DNA of 64,000 nucleotides from Spirochaetia bacterium (GTDB lineage: Bacteria > Spirochaetota > Spirochaetia > SZUA-6 > Bin103), in the NCBI GenBank assembly GCA_965203905.1, contig CBDBDQ010000005.1, positions 6,112,001 through 6,176,000 of the forward strand, read 5' to 3'. Positions 42,581-52,287 of the stretch are shown one piece after another (position 1 is the first letter of the stretch; each line of letters opens with the position of its first letter). Below the pieces are notes generated by a model. That model worked only from the letters and a program-made list of their open reading frames with translations. It had not been told where the DNA came from and searched no databases. Made by a program: the position numbers and the translations under genes.

Positions 42581-45079
42581 CTAGCAATCGGAGCCACACC
42601 GGTCAACATGCGCCCGGCCGTACTCTCTCCGGCGCTGGGCTCGGAAGGCGGCGACCAGGGCGGCGATGGCGTAGCTGGCGGCGGCGACCAGGCCGAGGGC
42701 GGTGATGCCCTGTGCCACCGCGAGCAGGGTGCTGGCGACGGCGCCTACCACCGAGGCGCAGCCGTTGGCGGCCCAGGCCAGGGCGCGGCCGGCGGCGGCC
42801 GGGGCCAACAGGCGCAGGCCGAGGGGGAACGCCATGCCGAGGGCCGCACCCAGGGGAGCGAGCAGCACCACGATGAGTGCTATCCGCGGAATGCGGGGCA
42901 GGCCCAGCAGCAAGGTCAGGAGCGGCGGACCGGCGCCGGCATAGGCCAGCACCACGCCGGCTACGACAGCCACCGCCAGCCACGTCCGGGGCGGCGCGAT
43001 TCGCTCCGACAGCAGGCCGCCGGCGGCCGACCACACCAGCAGGGCGCCGAGCACCACCTTGAAGCTGACCACCGGGTCGCCGAGCGCCACGGTGAGGCGC
43101 TGGATCAGCATCAGCTCCAGCAGGATGAAGCCCAGCCCCACGGCCAGGTTGTATGCCACCACCGAGCCGGCGGAGCCGGCGGCATCGTCCCGGCCCCGGT
43201 CGGCGGCCCGCGTCCGGCGCAGGCCGCCGGTGCGCAGCCAGGGGACGGCGAGGAGCACCAGCGCCAGCACCAACGCCTCCGCCAGCACCGCCAGGGCCAC
43301 CACGTCACCGGACAGCAGCAGCCCGTACAGCCGGCCGCCGGTGGCGCGCTGGTAGTCGGGCAGTTGCACCCAGCGTACGAAGCGGTTGAAGAAGGGCCGG
43401 TCGTCGGTGGGCGGACTCAGGTCCACCAACCCGCCTGCCAACCCGTCGTCGGACTCCAGCACCGCCGCCACCGCGTGGGCGTGGAACGGCTCGGCCAGCC
43501 GGTTGAAGCGGTTGGTCTCGTCGATCCGCAGCCCGGGCAGGGAAACCAGGTCGAAGCCGTGACCCGCGGCAAAGGCGCGGATCCGCTCGATCCGCGGCGC
43601 AGACAGCGGTTGCGGGGTGACCAGCACGGTGAACGAATCCCAGTTGCGGAGGATCGCGATGTGCTCGGCAGGGACGTGGCCGCCGGCTGCCGGCAGCGCA
43701 CGTGCGGCTAGCGCCGCCAGCCGCGGAGCGTTGGCCGGGGGCAGCAGCAGACGGCGCGACACCGACAGCACCCCGTCCGGCTCCAGCAGCGCCAGGTAGT
43801 CGCGAAACGCCTCCACCGTCAGCAACGGCTCCTGGGCGTGGCTCTCGGTGCCCGCCTGGGATGCGCCCCAGTCCTCGATCAGGACGGCATCGAAGCGCAC
43901 GCCGGAGCGTACCAGCCGCCGCGCCAGGGCGCGGGGTTCGTCTTCCACCACCTCCAGGGCGGTGTCCTGCGCCACCTGCAGCCGGCGCAGGCGACGGGCG
44001 ATGGCGGCGCTCGGCTCGGCCACCTGGACGGAACGCGCGCTGCGCAGGGCCGCCGCCAGCAGCACGCCGCCGCCTTCCTGCAGCACCAGCACCGTGCGCA
44101 CCGGCGTTCCGAGGTGCAACGCCACGGCGGGGTGGAGCGCGTCCAGCCACCCACCGGCCGCCGCGTCCCCCGCCGTATCCTCCACCAGGAACATGGCCGC
44201 GTCGCCGTCGCGCACCAGGGCTCGCTGCGGCGGCACCGGGCTGCCGGCGCCGAGGCTCAGGCCCGGGGCGAAGCGAATCGTCGGGCCGGTCACTTCGTCG
44301 ATGCGCCCGCGTGCCGTGTCGCGTCGCGCCAGCAACCGGGTATCCGGAAACCGCAGCACGTGGGCCAGATACTTGTAGGGGCCCGGACGTGGCTCCAGGG
44401 CCGGATGGGCCAACACCACGCCAACTCCGAGCGCCAGCGCCAATGCCAGGGCCGTAGAGGGGAGCCAGCGCCGCGCTCCCCGCCCGCCTCCCACTCGCCG
44501 TGCAGCACTGGCGGACCACGGCACCAGGGGCAGCAGCAGCAGCGCCACCGGCACCATCAGGGCGGCGCGCAGTCCGGCCGCCGGCAGCAGCAGGACCGGC
44601 AGCAGCACCCCCACGGCCGAGCCTGACATCGCCGCCGCGTACACGGCGCCGGGCCGTGCGGTACCGGCGGCAAAGGCAATCGCCGTGATCAGTCCCGCGA
44701 AGAAGAACGGCACCGCACAGCCGAGGTAGCTCAACGCGAGATACAGGAGCTGGATCGGCTCGCTGGGGATCCTGAAGAAGTCCAGCGGCAGCAGGCGCAA
44801 CACCAGGAACATGGCGACCGCACTCACGGCCATGCCCGCGGCAGCCCGCCGCAGGCGCTGCTCCGCGTCGGACACCGCCGCCGCCGCTGCTACACCAGAC
44901 CGCTCCCGCCTCGTGGTAACCAGGTTGAGCCAGGTGCCGCTGGCCGAGAAGCCGAGCAGGGCGACGCTGATCACCATGAACGACAGGTGGTGCCACTGGG
45001 TCAGCGCGAAGTAGCGGGCCAGCAGCGCTTCCAGCGCCAGCGATGCCGCCGACGCGGTGAAGACCAGCAGGAGGGCCAT
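42581..45079 (-). CDS. Membrane protein with central spermidine-synthase-like methyltransferase fold
   Basis: HHLSFMVISVALLG, PFFFAG, LLTVEAFRDYL, PTDDRPFF, GMAFPLG, WAANGCASVVG; TM bundles at both ends. Confidence 0.8.
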   Translation of the reverse strand: MALLLVFTASAASLALEALLARYFALTQWHHLSFMVISVALLGFSASGTWLNLVTTRRERSGVAAAAAVSDAEQRLRRAAAGMAVSAVAMFLVLRLLPLDFFRIPSEPIQLLYLALSYLGCAVPFFFAGLITAIAFAAGTARPGAVYAAAMSGSAVGVLLPVLLLPAAGLRAALMVPVALLLLPLVPWSASAARRVGGGRGARRWLPSTALALALALGVGVVLAHPALEPRPGPYKYLAHVLRFPDTRLLARRDTARGRIDEVTGPTIRFAPGLSLGAGSPVPPQRALVRDGDAAMFLVEDTAGDAAAGGWLDALHPAVALHLGTPVRTVLVLQEGGGVLLAAALRSARSVQVAEPSAAIARRLRRLQVAQDTALEVVEDEPRALARRLVRSGVRFDAVLIEDWGASQAGTESHAQEPLLTVEAFRDYLALLEPDGVLSVSRRLLLPPANAPRLAALAARALPAAGGHVPAEHIAILRNWDSFTVLVTPQPLSAPRIERIRAFAAGHGFDLVSLPGLRIDETNRFNRLAEPFHAHAVAAVLESDDGLAGGLVDLSPPTDDRPFFNRFVRWVQLPDYQRATGGRLYGLLLSGDVVALAVLAEALVLALVLLAVPWLRTGGLRRTRAADRGRDDAAGSAGSVVAYNLAVGLGFILLELMLIQRLTVALGDPVVSFKVVLGALLVWSAAGGLLSERIAPPRTWLAVAVVAGVVLAYAGAGPPLLTLLLGLPRIPRIALIVVLLAPLGAALGMAFPLGLRLLAPAAAGRALAWAANGCASVVGAVASTLLAVAQGITALGLVAAASYAIAALVAAFRAQRRREYGRAHVDRCGSDC

Positions 45080-45090
45080 CCGCCCTCCCC

Positions 45091-45870
45091 TCAGCCTTGC
45101 AGCGCCTGACCCGTCATCGGCACGAACAGCACCCCCAGGATGAAGTCCACGGTGAAGTCCGACCCGCGGCTGCCGCTGCCCGTCTTCGTCACCAGCACCA
45201 GGTTCTGATAGCTGAAGGGGTTGCCGAGCGGCAGGATCATCGTCCCGCCAACGGCAAGCTGTTCCAGCAGCGGCGCCGGGATGTGATCCACGGCAGCGGT
45301 GATCATGATGTGATCGAACGGCGCGTGCTGCTCCACCCCGAAGTAGCCGTCACCCTCGAAGGTGCTGACGTTGGCGTACCCCAGCCGCTGCAGCCGCTCG
45401 GTCGACTGGACGTGCAACAGCGGCCGGATCTCGATGGTGAACACTTCCGCAACCAGCTCGGCCAGCACCGCGGCCTGGTACCCCGAGCCGGTGCCCACCT
45501 CCAGCACCCGGTCTTCCGGCTGCAGCTCGAGGGTCTGGGTCATCAGCGCGACGATATAGGGCTGCGAGATGGTCTGGCCGTCGTCGATCGGCAGGGCCGA
45601 GTCGCGGTAGGCGCTGCCCTGAATGCGCTCGGGGACGAACAGGTGGCGCCGCACCCGGCCCATCACCTCCAGCACCTGCGGGTCGTCGATGTCGCGGGCG
45701 GCAAGCTGGCGCTCGACCATGGCGGCCCGCGCGCGCTGCGTGGCGCGCTCCTCGCGCGCCTCCTGTGCGGTCAGGTCGGCAGCCGCCAGCAGCAGCGCGG
45801 CGCCGAGCAGCAACGCCGCCCGCCTTGCCGCGGCCTGGCGGAAGCAGCGGAATGGGTAAGCGAACAGCAT
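45091..45870 (-). CDS. pcm: Protein-L-isoaspartate O-methyltransferase with signal-peptide-like N-terminus
   Basis: QTISQPYIVALM, VLEVGTGSGYQAA, APFDHI, FVPMTG. Confidence 0.93.
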   Translation of the reverse strand: MLFAYPFRCFRQAAARRAALLLGAALLLAAADLTAQEAREERATQRARAAMVERQLAARDIDDPQVLEVMGRVRRHLFVPERIQGSAYRDSALPIDDGQTISQPYIVALMTQTLELQPEDRVLEVGTGSGYQAAVLAELVAEVFTIEIRPLLHVQSTERLQRLGYANVSTFEGDGYFGVEQHAPFDHIMITAAVDHIPAPLLEQLAVGGTMILPLGNPFSYQNLVLVTKTGSGSRGSDFTVDFILGVLFVPMTGQALQG

Positions 45871-45982
45871 GGCGGCTCCCACTATACCCTCCCCGGCCGG
45901 CCGATGGGTAACGGTGCCTCGCGCCGCCTCACGACCACGTGAAGCCTTACTCACCCCGCATCTCACGCGGATGGCGCAAGTG

Positions 45983-46011
45983 TTGTGGAGTTGTATCGTG
46001 TGGGATACAAT
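45983..46011 (+). promoter_or_regulatory. TA operon promoter with palindromic operator
   Basis: TTGTGG-N17-TACAAT; perfect inverted repeat TTGTATC-N6-GATACAA at 45991-46010. Confidence 0.75.
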
Positions 46012-46017
46012 CGAGCA

Positions 46018-46152
46018 GTGATCGAGGTCCGCCAGACCGACACGTACGAACGCTGGTTCCGGAGGCTTCGAGACAGGGACGCGAAATCGCGGATCCTCAT
46101 CGAACGGGCGCGCAATCTCGCGCAGGAACTGGTGACAGGAGGAAGCTCATGA
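46018..46152 (+). pseudogene. Internally deleted HigB/RelE-like addiction module killer (44 aa)
   Basis: MIEVRQTDTYERWFRRLRDRDAKSRIL joined directly to IERARNLAQEL; ATGA overlap with the antitoxin; absent from the ORF track. Confidence 0.8.
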
Positions 46153-46598
46153 ACGAGCCTCGAGAACGGGCGGCTGCCGCAAGGACCAAGACGCTTCCGT
46201 GGGACCCCGCGGACTATCTGGAAGATTCGAGCGATGTCGTGGCTTATCTCGAAGCAGCGTTCGAGGACGGCGATCCGCAAGTGATCGCGGGTGCGATAGG
46301 AGACGTGGCCCGATCCAAGGGGATGACCGCTGTCGCGGCGAAGTCCGGATTGGGCAGGGAGAGCCTGTACAAGGCGCTTTCGCGGGACGGAAACCCGGGC
46401 TTCGCAACCGTGCTCAGTGTTCTGGCGGCCCTGGGCCTGCGCCTTCATCCGTCGCCGACCGGCAAAGGATCGGCCGTGGCGGTACCTGATGGGGAAGCCG
46501 GTTGGGGCGGCGGGTTCGTGCTTCCGCCCGGCGATCTCTACGTGCTGAGCGGAGATTCGACCTCGTGCTCGGCACGGCGTGCGTCCGACTATCGATAG
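46149..46598 (+). CDS. Addiction module antidote (HigA-like HTH) with C-terminal extension
   Basis: WDPADYL, AIGDVARSKGMTAVA..SGLGRESLYKALS.DGNP.F.TV. Confidence 0.9.
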   Translation: MNEPRERAAAARTKTLPWDPADYLEDSSDVVAYLEAAFEDGDPQVIAGAIGDVARSKGMTAVAAKSGLGRESLYKALSRDGNPGFATVLSVLAALGLRLHPSPTGKGSAVAVPDGEAGWGGGFVLPPGDLYVLSGDSTSCSARRASDYR

Positions 46599-46620
46599 CG
46601 GGTGTGCAAAGGCAGGCGAG

Positions 46621-47253
46621 ATGGAAGCGATGAGCGGAGTCCAGTACCTGAAGCTGATCGGCGATGCCCGTGCCTTTCGGCAGTGCGCCTGGCTGATCGA
46701 GCACGAGATAGGCCGGCTGGGGGTCAGACAGGGAGACCTCTCGCCGGTCGGGGGCTCGACCGGATGGCCGTCGCACAGCGTGTGGGAATCCCTGAAGACA
46801 GCCAGTCACTTCAATCTTGCGATCGCGCTGGAGCTCCGGTTGAAGTGCCTGCTCCGTCTCCACAACATCGAGCCGTTGCAGGGTCGCGAGGGGCACTGTC
46901 TTGCCAAGCTCTACGAACAATTCGGCGGGCGCGGCGGCTCTGTCGAAACCAGGATAGAGGAGCTGTTCGGAGAGGCAATGGCGGATCGTCCATGCACGCT
47001 GGTGGCGTTTCTGAGTACGGACACTCCCGACTTTCCCGAGGGTCCGGCCGACAAAGAGTTGAGGACGCTGAAGGATATCTTCGCCTACATGGACGAGGAC
47101 GCGGAGTTGTGGAGAAAGAGGTATTCATGGGAAAGTGCCGCCGACAGGCGATGGCGGCATTACATCGATGATCTGGGGGGTTTTTTCCTATTCCTCGACG
47201 CGACGGAAAGCCTTGCGATGGAGTTGGCGCGAGAGCGCCGAATTGTGCGCTAA
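46621..47253 (+). CDS. Hypothetical protein, HEPN-like
   Basis: ALELRLKCLL, GHCLAKLY and RY..E pattern of HEPN-fold proteins; lower GC. Confidence 0.55.
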   Translation: MEAMSGVQYLKLIGDARAFRQCAWLIEHEIGRLGVRQGDLSPVGGSTGWPSHSVWESLKTASHFNLAIALELRLKCLLRLHNIEPLQGREGHCLAKLYEQFGGRGGSVETRIEELFGEAMADRPCTLVAFLSTDTPDFPEGPADKELRTLKDIFAYMDEDAELWRKRYSWESAADRRWRHYIDDLGGFFLFLDATESLAMELARERRIVR

Positions 47254-47280
47254 AACGGAACCCGGCACGGGGATGCAGCG

Positions 47281-48210
47281 GTGATCTACCGCACTCTGGG
47301 CAACACCGGCCTGCAGGTGTCGATCCTCAGCTACGGCGCCTCGCCGCTCGGCTCGGTGTTCCGCGCCATCGACGAGAGCGAGGGCATCCGCACCGTACGC
47401 ACCGCCGTCGACGGCGGCGTGAACCTGATCGACTGCTCGCCCTACTACGGCATCACCAAGGCGGAGACGGTGCTCGGCAAGGCGCTGCGCGAGATCCCCC
47501 GCGATCACTACTACCTCGCCACCAAGGCGGGCCGCTACGGCGACGCCGAGTTCGATTTTTCCGCGGCCCGGATCGAGCGCAGTCTGGATGAGAGCCAGCG
47601 CCGGCTGGGGGTCGACCACGTCGACATCTTCCAACTGCACGACATCGAGTTCGGCGACCTGGAGCAGGTGATCGAGGAGAGCCTGCCGCTGCTGGCGCGG
47701 CTCAAGGTACAGGGCCGGATCGGCTGGTACGGGGTGACCGGGCTGCCGCTGCGCATCTTTCGCGAGGTGCTGGCGCGGCACCCGGTCGACACCATCCTCT
47801 CCTACTGCCGCTATACCCTCAACGACACCTCGCTGGCGGCGCTGCTGCCCGACCTGGCCGCGGCCGGGGTGGGCGTGATCAGCGCCTCCGCCACCGGCAT
47901 GGGCCTGTTCAACCCGCGCGGCGTGCCGGCGTGGCATCCGGCGCCGGCGCCGATTCGCGACGCGGCGGCCGAGGTGGTGGCACTGTGTGCGCAGCGCGGC
48001 GCCAGCGCCACCCGCCTGGCGCTGCAGTTCGCGCTGGCGGAGCCCGGGATTCATACCACCCTGGTGGGCACGGCGTCGCCGCGCAACATGAGCGCCAACC
48101 TGAGCTGCGTCGGCGACCCGCCGGACCCCGAGCTGCTGGCCGCCGCGCAACGCCTGCTGGCGCCGGTGCGGGACGCCACCTGGCCCTCGGGACGCCCCGA
48201 AAACAACTGA
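47281..48210 (+). CDS. Aldo/keto reductase, L-galactose dehydrogenase-like
   Basis: YRTLGNTGL, DCSPYYG, ATKAGRYG, QLHDIEF, TWPSG ending. Confidence 0.9.
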   Translation: MIYRTLGNTGLQVSILSYGASPLGSVFRAIDESEGIRTVRTAVDGGVNLIDCSPYYGITKAETVLGKALREIPRDHYYLATKAGRYGDAEFDFSAARIERSLDESQRRLGVDHVDIFQLHDIEFGDLEQVIEESLPLLARLKVQGRIGWYGVTGLPLRIFREVLARHPVDTILSYCRYTLNDTSLAALLPDLAAAGVGVISASATGMGLFNPRGVPAWHPAPAPIRDAAAEVVALCAQRGASATRLALQFALAEPGIHTTLVGTASPRNMSANLSCVGDPPDPELLAAAQRLLAPVRDATWPSGRPENN

Positions 48211-50513
48211 TGCAAGGACCACGTGACAAGGGCCGCCTGTTCTACACCTACCTGCTGTCGTTCCTGCTGATCCTGATCGTCCCGGTCATATTCAGTTCCG
48301 CGGTGTTCAGCCGCGCCCGCTCGATCCTCACCCAGGAGGTGAACCGCGCCAACGAGCTGCTGCTGCTGCAGATGAAGTCGTACCTCGACACCATCATGAG
48401 CGACGTTGCCCAGCTCACCTACATCGTCGCCAATCACGGCATGCTCGGCGGCATGCTGTTCGAATCCCGTCCGGTGTCCCACGACGAGTACTACCGTGCC
48501 TACCGGATCGCCAGCGACCTGTTCGACTACGACACCTCAAGTACCGGCAGCACCGACGTATACGTCTACCTGCCCAAGCTCGACATGGTGATCTCGTCGC
48601 GCGGCTACTTCAGCACCGACAACTACCAGATGACGCAGCGCCCGCTGCTGGACACCGACTACCACGCCTGGATCGGCTCGTTCGCCGGCGTCACGCGCCC
48701 GCGGTTTCGCCCCGCCCAGAGCATGGACCTGGCCGAGGTGGTGCACGACACGGTGGCAATGGTCACTCCCCTGCCCGCCTGGCAGCGTTCCGGCACCCCG
48801 CACGGCTGGCTGGTGGTCCACATAGCCCGCGACCTGTTCCAGCGCATCTTCGCCGAGACCGCCTGGACGCCCGACTCGTTGCAGCTTGTCTACCACCCCG
48901 AACGGGGCGTGATTGCCGCGTCGGAGAACGTTGCCGACATCGCCGAAATCGAGGCGGTCGGCGCGCGCGCGTTCGAGACCGGCGTGCTCGACCGGGTGCG
49001 GCTGGGCGACACCAACTACTCCGCGCGGGCGCTGCCGTCGGACATCGTCGACCTGTACTACGTGTCGCTGGTTCCCGGCGGGCTCTACGCGCAGCGGTTC
49101 GCGGGCCTGTACCGGTACACGATCCTGGCACTGGTGGTCTGCGTGGTGATCGCCGGACTGCTCATCTACTGGATGGCGTCGCTCCGCTACCGGCCGATCC
49201 AGGATCTGATCGCGCTGGTGAAGCCGGATGCAAACGGCACTCTGACGCTGCGTTCCGACGAGTTCGCCCTGATCACCGGTTCCGTGCAGAGCACCATGCG
49301 GGAGGACCGCCGGCTGCGCCAGGAACTCACCCGCTCGCGGCCTCTGCTGCTGCAGAGCTACCTGCGCCGCCTGTTGCGCGACGGAGGCCAGGCGCCGCCC
49401 GCGATCCACGCCCAGTTGCGACGCTTCGGGTTCGCGTTCGCCCACCCGTCCCTGCATCTGGCGCTGGTGGAAGTCGACCAGCCCAACGACGTGTCGCGCG
49501 AGGCCGTAGAGCGCTACCTGACCAGATGCCGGCACCCGGCCGAGGTGCAGGTTGTCACCGTGTCCGACCTCGACGGAGCCACCGGACTGCTGATCAGCGC
49601 GGCGCACCCCGATCCGGCGCTGCTGGCGGAGCTGCTGGCGCAGATGAAGGGCAGCCTGGAACAGCACTTCGGCGTCACGTCGGCCGTCGGCGTCAGCGAA
49701 GCGCACCCACTGGACGAGATTTCCTGCCTGCTGCGGGAAGCGCGGGCCGCGCTCGCCTACCGGCTGGTCAAGGGCAGCTCCGATCCGATCCGCTTCCCGG
49801 ACGTCATCACCACCGGCCACCCCTACCACTATCCGCTGGAGGAAGAGATCAGGCTGATCAACTCGATCAGGTCCGGCAACGCCGCCGCCGCCGGGGAGAT
49901 CCTGGAGTCGCTCTACGCCGACAACTTCGCGCAGACGCGGCTGTCGATGGATATGGCGCGCTGCCTGATGTTCGACCTGATCTCGACCATGATCAAGACG
50001 ATCGAATCGCTGCACGCCGGCGACCAGGACGCGCAGTTCTGGGCTCGCATCCGGCCGGTGTCGCGGCTCACGGCCTGCCGCTCACTCGAGCAGTTGCAGC
50101 AGGAGATGCAGATCATCCTCACCGAGGTGTGCCGCCACGTCCGCTCGAGGCGCACCTCGCACGCCGAGCAGCTCCGCCTGGCAATCGTCGAGTACCTGGA
50201 ACAGCACTCCGACGAGCGCAACCTCGGCCCCGAGGCGGTCGCCGATCACTTGCAGCGCAACAGCGCCTACATCGCGCGCTTCTTCCGCGAACAGTTCGGC
50301 ATCGGCATCAGCGGCTACGTCAAGAACCTGCGCATCGCCAAGGCCAAGCGGCTCATCGAAACGACGGAGCTCACCGTCCGTGAGATCGCCGACCGGATCG
50401 GCTTCGCCGACAGCAACGCCCTGATCCGCGGCTTCAAGGCCAGCGAAGGAGTCACGCCGGGAGAGTACAAGGCGGCGCTCCACCCGGCGAACGGATCGGA
50501 CGGGGCTGCCTGA
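48210..50513 (+). CDS. Membrane-anchored AraC family regulator
   Basis: Two TM helices around a sensor domain; YHYPLEEE; C-terminal AraC HTH (IADRIGF..FKASEGVTPGEY). Confidence 0.9.
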   Translation: MQGPRDKGRLFYTYLLSFLLILIVPVIFSSAVFSRARSILTQEVNRANELLLLQMKSYLDTIMSDVAQLTYIVANHGMLGGMLFESRPVSHDEYYRAYRIASDLFDYDTSSTGSTDVYVYLPKLDMVISSRGYFSTDNYQMTQRPLLDTDYHAWIGSFAGVTRPRFRPAQSMDLAEVVHDTVAMVTPLPAWQRSGTPHGWLVVHIARDLFQRIFAETAWTPDSLQLVYHPERGVIAASENVADIAEIEAVGARAFETGVLDRVRLGDTNYSARALPSDIVDLYYVSLVPGGLYAQRFAGLYRYTILALVVCVVIAGLLIYWMASLRYRPIQDLIALVKPDANGTLTLRSDEFALITGSVQSTMREDRRLRQELTRSRPLLLQSYLRRLLRDGGQAPPAIHAQLRRFGFAFAHPSLHLALVEVDQPNDVSREAVERYLTRCRHPAEVQVVTVSDLDGATGLLISAAHPDPALLAELLAQMKGSLEQHFGVTSAVGVSEAHPLDEISCLLREARAALAYRLVKGSSDPIRFPDVITTGHPYHYPLEEEIRLINSIRSGNAAAAGEILESLYADNFAQTRLSMDMARCLMFDLISTMIKTIESLHAGDQDAQFWARIRPVSRLTACRSLEQLQQEMQIILTEVCRHVRSRRTSHAEQLRLAIVEYLEQHSDERNLGPEAVADHLQRNSAYIARFFREQFGIGISGYVKNLRIAKAKRLIETTELTVREIADRIGFADSNALIRGFKASEGVTPGEYKAALHPANGSDGAA

Positions 50514-50636
50514 TCGGCGACGCGGGTACCGAATCCGATATCGAAACCTCAGTCTTCGGCGACCGACGTTCCTACTCGGCGATTTACGCGCCGGACCGCG
50601 GCAGGCATCGTGAATCACTCAACGCAGGAGGTTGAT

Positions 50637-52217
50637 ATGAAGAGACTGCTCTTCGTGGCAGCGGCTCTGTGTGCCGCTGGTCTCGTCTCCGCTTCCCCAT
50701 CCGCGGAAGCCGCCGCCGACGGGCCGCGCGAACTCACCGTCTGGGAAGGACTGTGGTACAACGCCGCCGTTTCGGTGTCCTCCCTGGCGGAAACCCCGCT
50801 CTACCAGGAGGTGATGCGGCGCACCGGAGTGGAGGTGACCTTCATCCATCCGGCTCAGGGTCAGGAGCAGGAGAGCTTCAACCTGATGATCGCTTCCAAC
50901 GACCTGCCGGACCTGATCTACGCGCACTGGTCGCGCGACTACCCCGGCGGTCCGGAGAAGGCGATCTCGGATGGTGTGATCATCCGTCTCAACGACGTGA
51001 TCGCCGAACACGCTCCCAACCTGAGCGCGCTGTTCGCCGCGAACCCGGAGTGGCTGAAGGCCGCCAAGACCGACACCGGCACGCTGTACATGTTCCCGTT
51101 CATCCGCGGCGACGACTACCTGATGGTGTTCTTCGGTCCACAGCTGCGCCGCGACTGGCTCGATCAACTGGGCCTGGAAGTGCCGGAAACGCTCGCCGAG
51201 TGGGAGCGGGTGCTGACCGCGTTCAAGTCGGAGGGCCTGGTCGAGTACCCGCTGACGTTCACCAACTTCCGCCGCGGGCGGGGCATGAACCGCAGCGCGT
51301 TCATCCAGCCGTTCAGGACCATCTGGGACTTCTACCGGGACGACGGCGGGCAGGTTCACTTCGGCCCTTTCGACGACCAGTTCGGAGAGTTCCTGACCTT
51401 CTTCAAGGGCTGGTTCGACCAGGGCCTGGTGGATCCGGAGTCGTTCAGCAACGAGCGCAACACCTTCGACGCCAAGATCCTCAACGGCACCGCCGGCGCC
51501 TGGCTCTCCTACACCGGCTCCGGCATCGGCGCCTACCTGGATGCCAACGGCGGGGAAGGCACGTTCGACATCGTGGCGGCCCCCTATCCGGTCCTGAACC
51601 GGGGCCAGACCCCGTTCTTCGGCCAGCGCGACAATCCCCTGCCCGGCCAGGGTCTGGCGATCACGACCCAGGCCCGTGACGTGGAGGTGGCGGCAAAGTG
51701 GGCCGACTTCGCGTATGGCGAGGAGGGTCACGTGCTGTTCAACTTCGGCCTGGAGGGCGACAGTTACGAGTGGTCCACCAACTACCCGGGATTCGAGGGC
51801 GAGCGCTGGCCGGTGTACACCGACGTGATGAACGCCGACGCGGAGGGCAGGACCCTGGCGCAGATGGGCGGACTCTACACGCGCTCCTTCTATTCCGGTC
51901 CGATCGTCCAGGACCGGCGCTACATGTATCAGTACGCGCGGCGGCCGCAGCAGCGGGCCGCGGTGCAGATCTGGGGCCAGACCGAAGCCGCGATGCACAA
52001 GCTCCCGGCGGTCACGGCCACGCCGGAAGAAGCGGAGGAGCTTGCCGAGATGATGAGCGACATCAACACCTACGTCGACGAGATGGTGGTCAAGTTCATC
52101 ACCGGCCAGGAGCCACTGTCCAGCTTCGGCGCCTACCAGGACCGGCTGCAGCAGATGGGTGTCGAACGCGCAATCGCGATCAAGCAGGCGGGCCTGGACC
52201 GCTACAACGCACGCTGA
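50637..52217 (+). CDS. Carbohydrate ABC transporter solute-binding protein
   Basis: Signal peptide; FNLMIASNDLPD, RRDWLDQLGLEVPET, VKFITG; GGAGG RBS. Confidence 0.93.
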   Translation: MKRLLFVAAALCAAGLVSASPSAEAAADGPRELTVWEGLWYNAAVSVSSLAETPLYQEVMRRTGVEVTFIHPAQGQEQESFNLMIASNDLPDLIYAHWSRDYPGGPEKAISDGVIIRLNDVIAEHAPNLSALFAANPEWLKAAKTDTGTLYMFPFIRGDDYLMVFFGPQLRRDWLDQLGLEVPETLAEWERVLTAFKSEGLVEYPLTFTNFRRGRGMNRSAFIQPFRTIWDFYRDDGGQVHFGPFDDQFGEFLTFFKGWFDQGLVDPESFSNERNTFDAKILNGTAGAWLSYTGSGIGAYLDANGGEGTFDIVAAPYPVLNRGQTPFFGQRDNPLPGQGLAITTQARDVEVAAKWADFAYGEEGHVLFNFGLEGDSYEWSTNYPGFEGERWPVYTDVMNADAEGRTLAQMGGLYTRSFYSGPIVQDRRYMYQYARRPQQRAAVQIWGQTEAAMHKLPAVTATPEEAEELAEMMSDINTYVDEMVVKFITGQEPLSSFGAYQDRLQQMGVERAIAIKQAGLDRYNAR

Positions 52218-52235
52218 CGCCAGCCGTCCGCCGAC

Positions 52236-52264
52236 GAGCGGCCCGGCGCGACGCCGGGTCGCTC
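52236..52264 (+). terminator. Hairpin after the SBP gene (mRNA stabiliser or partial terminator)
   Basis: GAGCGGCCCGGCG-CGA-CGCCGGGTCGCTC, 13-bp stem with one G-U pair; weak U-tract. Confidence 0.6.
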
Positions 52265-52287
52265 TGGTTCCAGCGGGAGACCACGCG

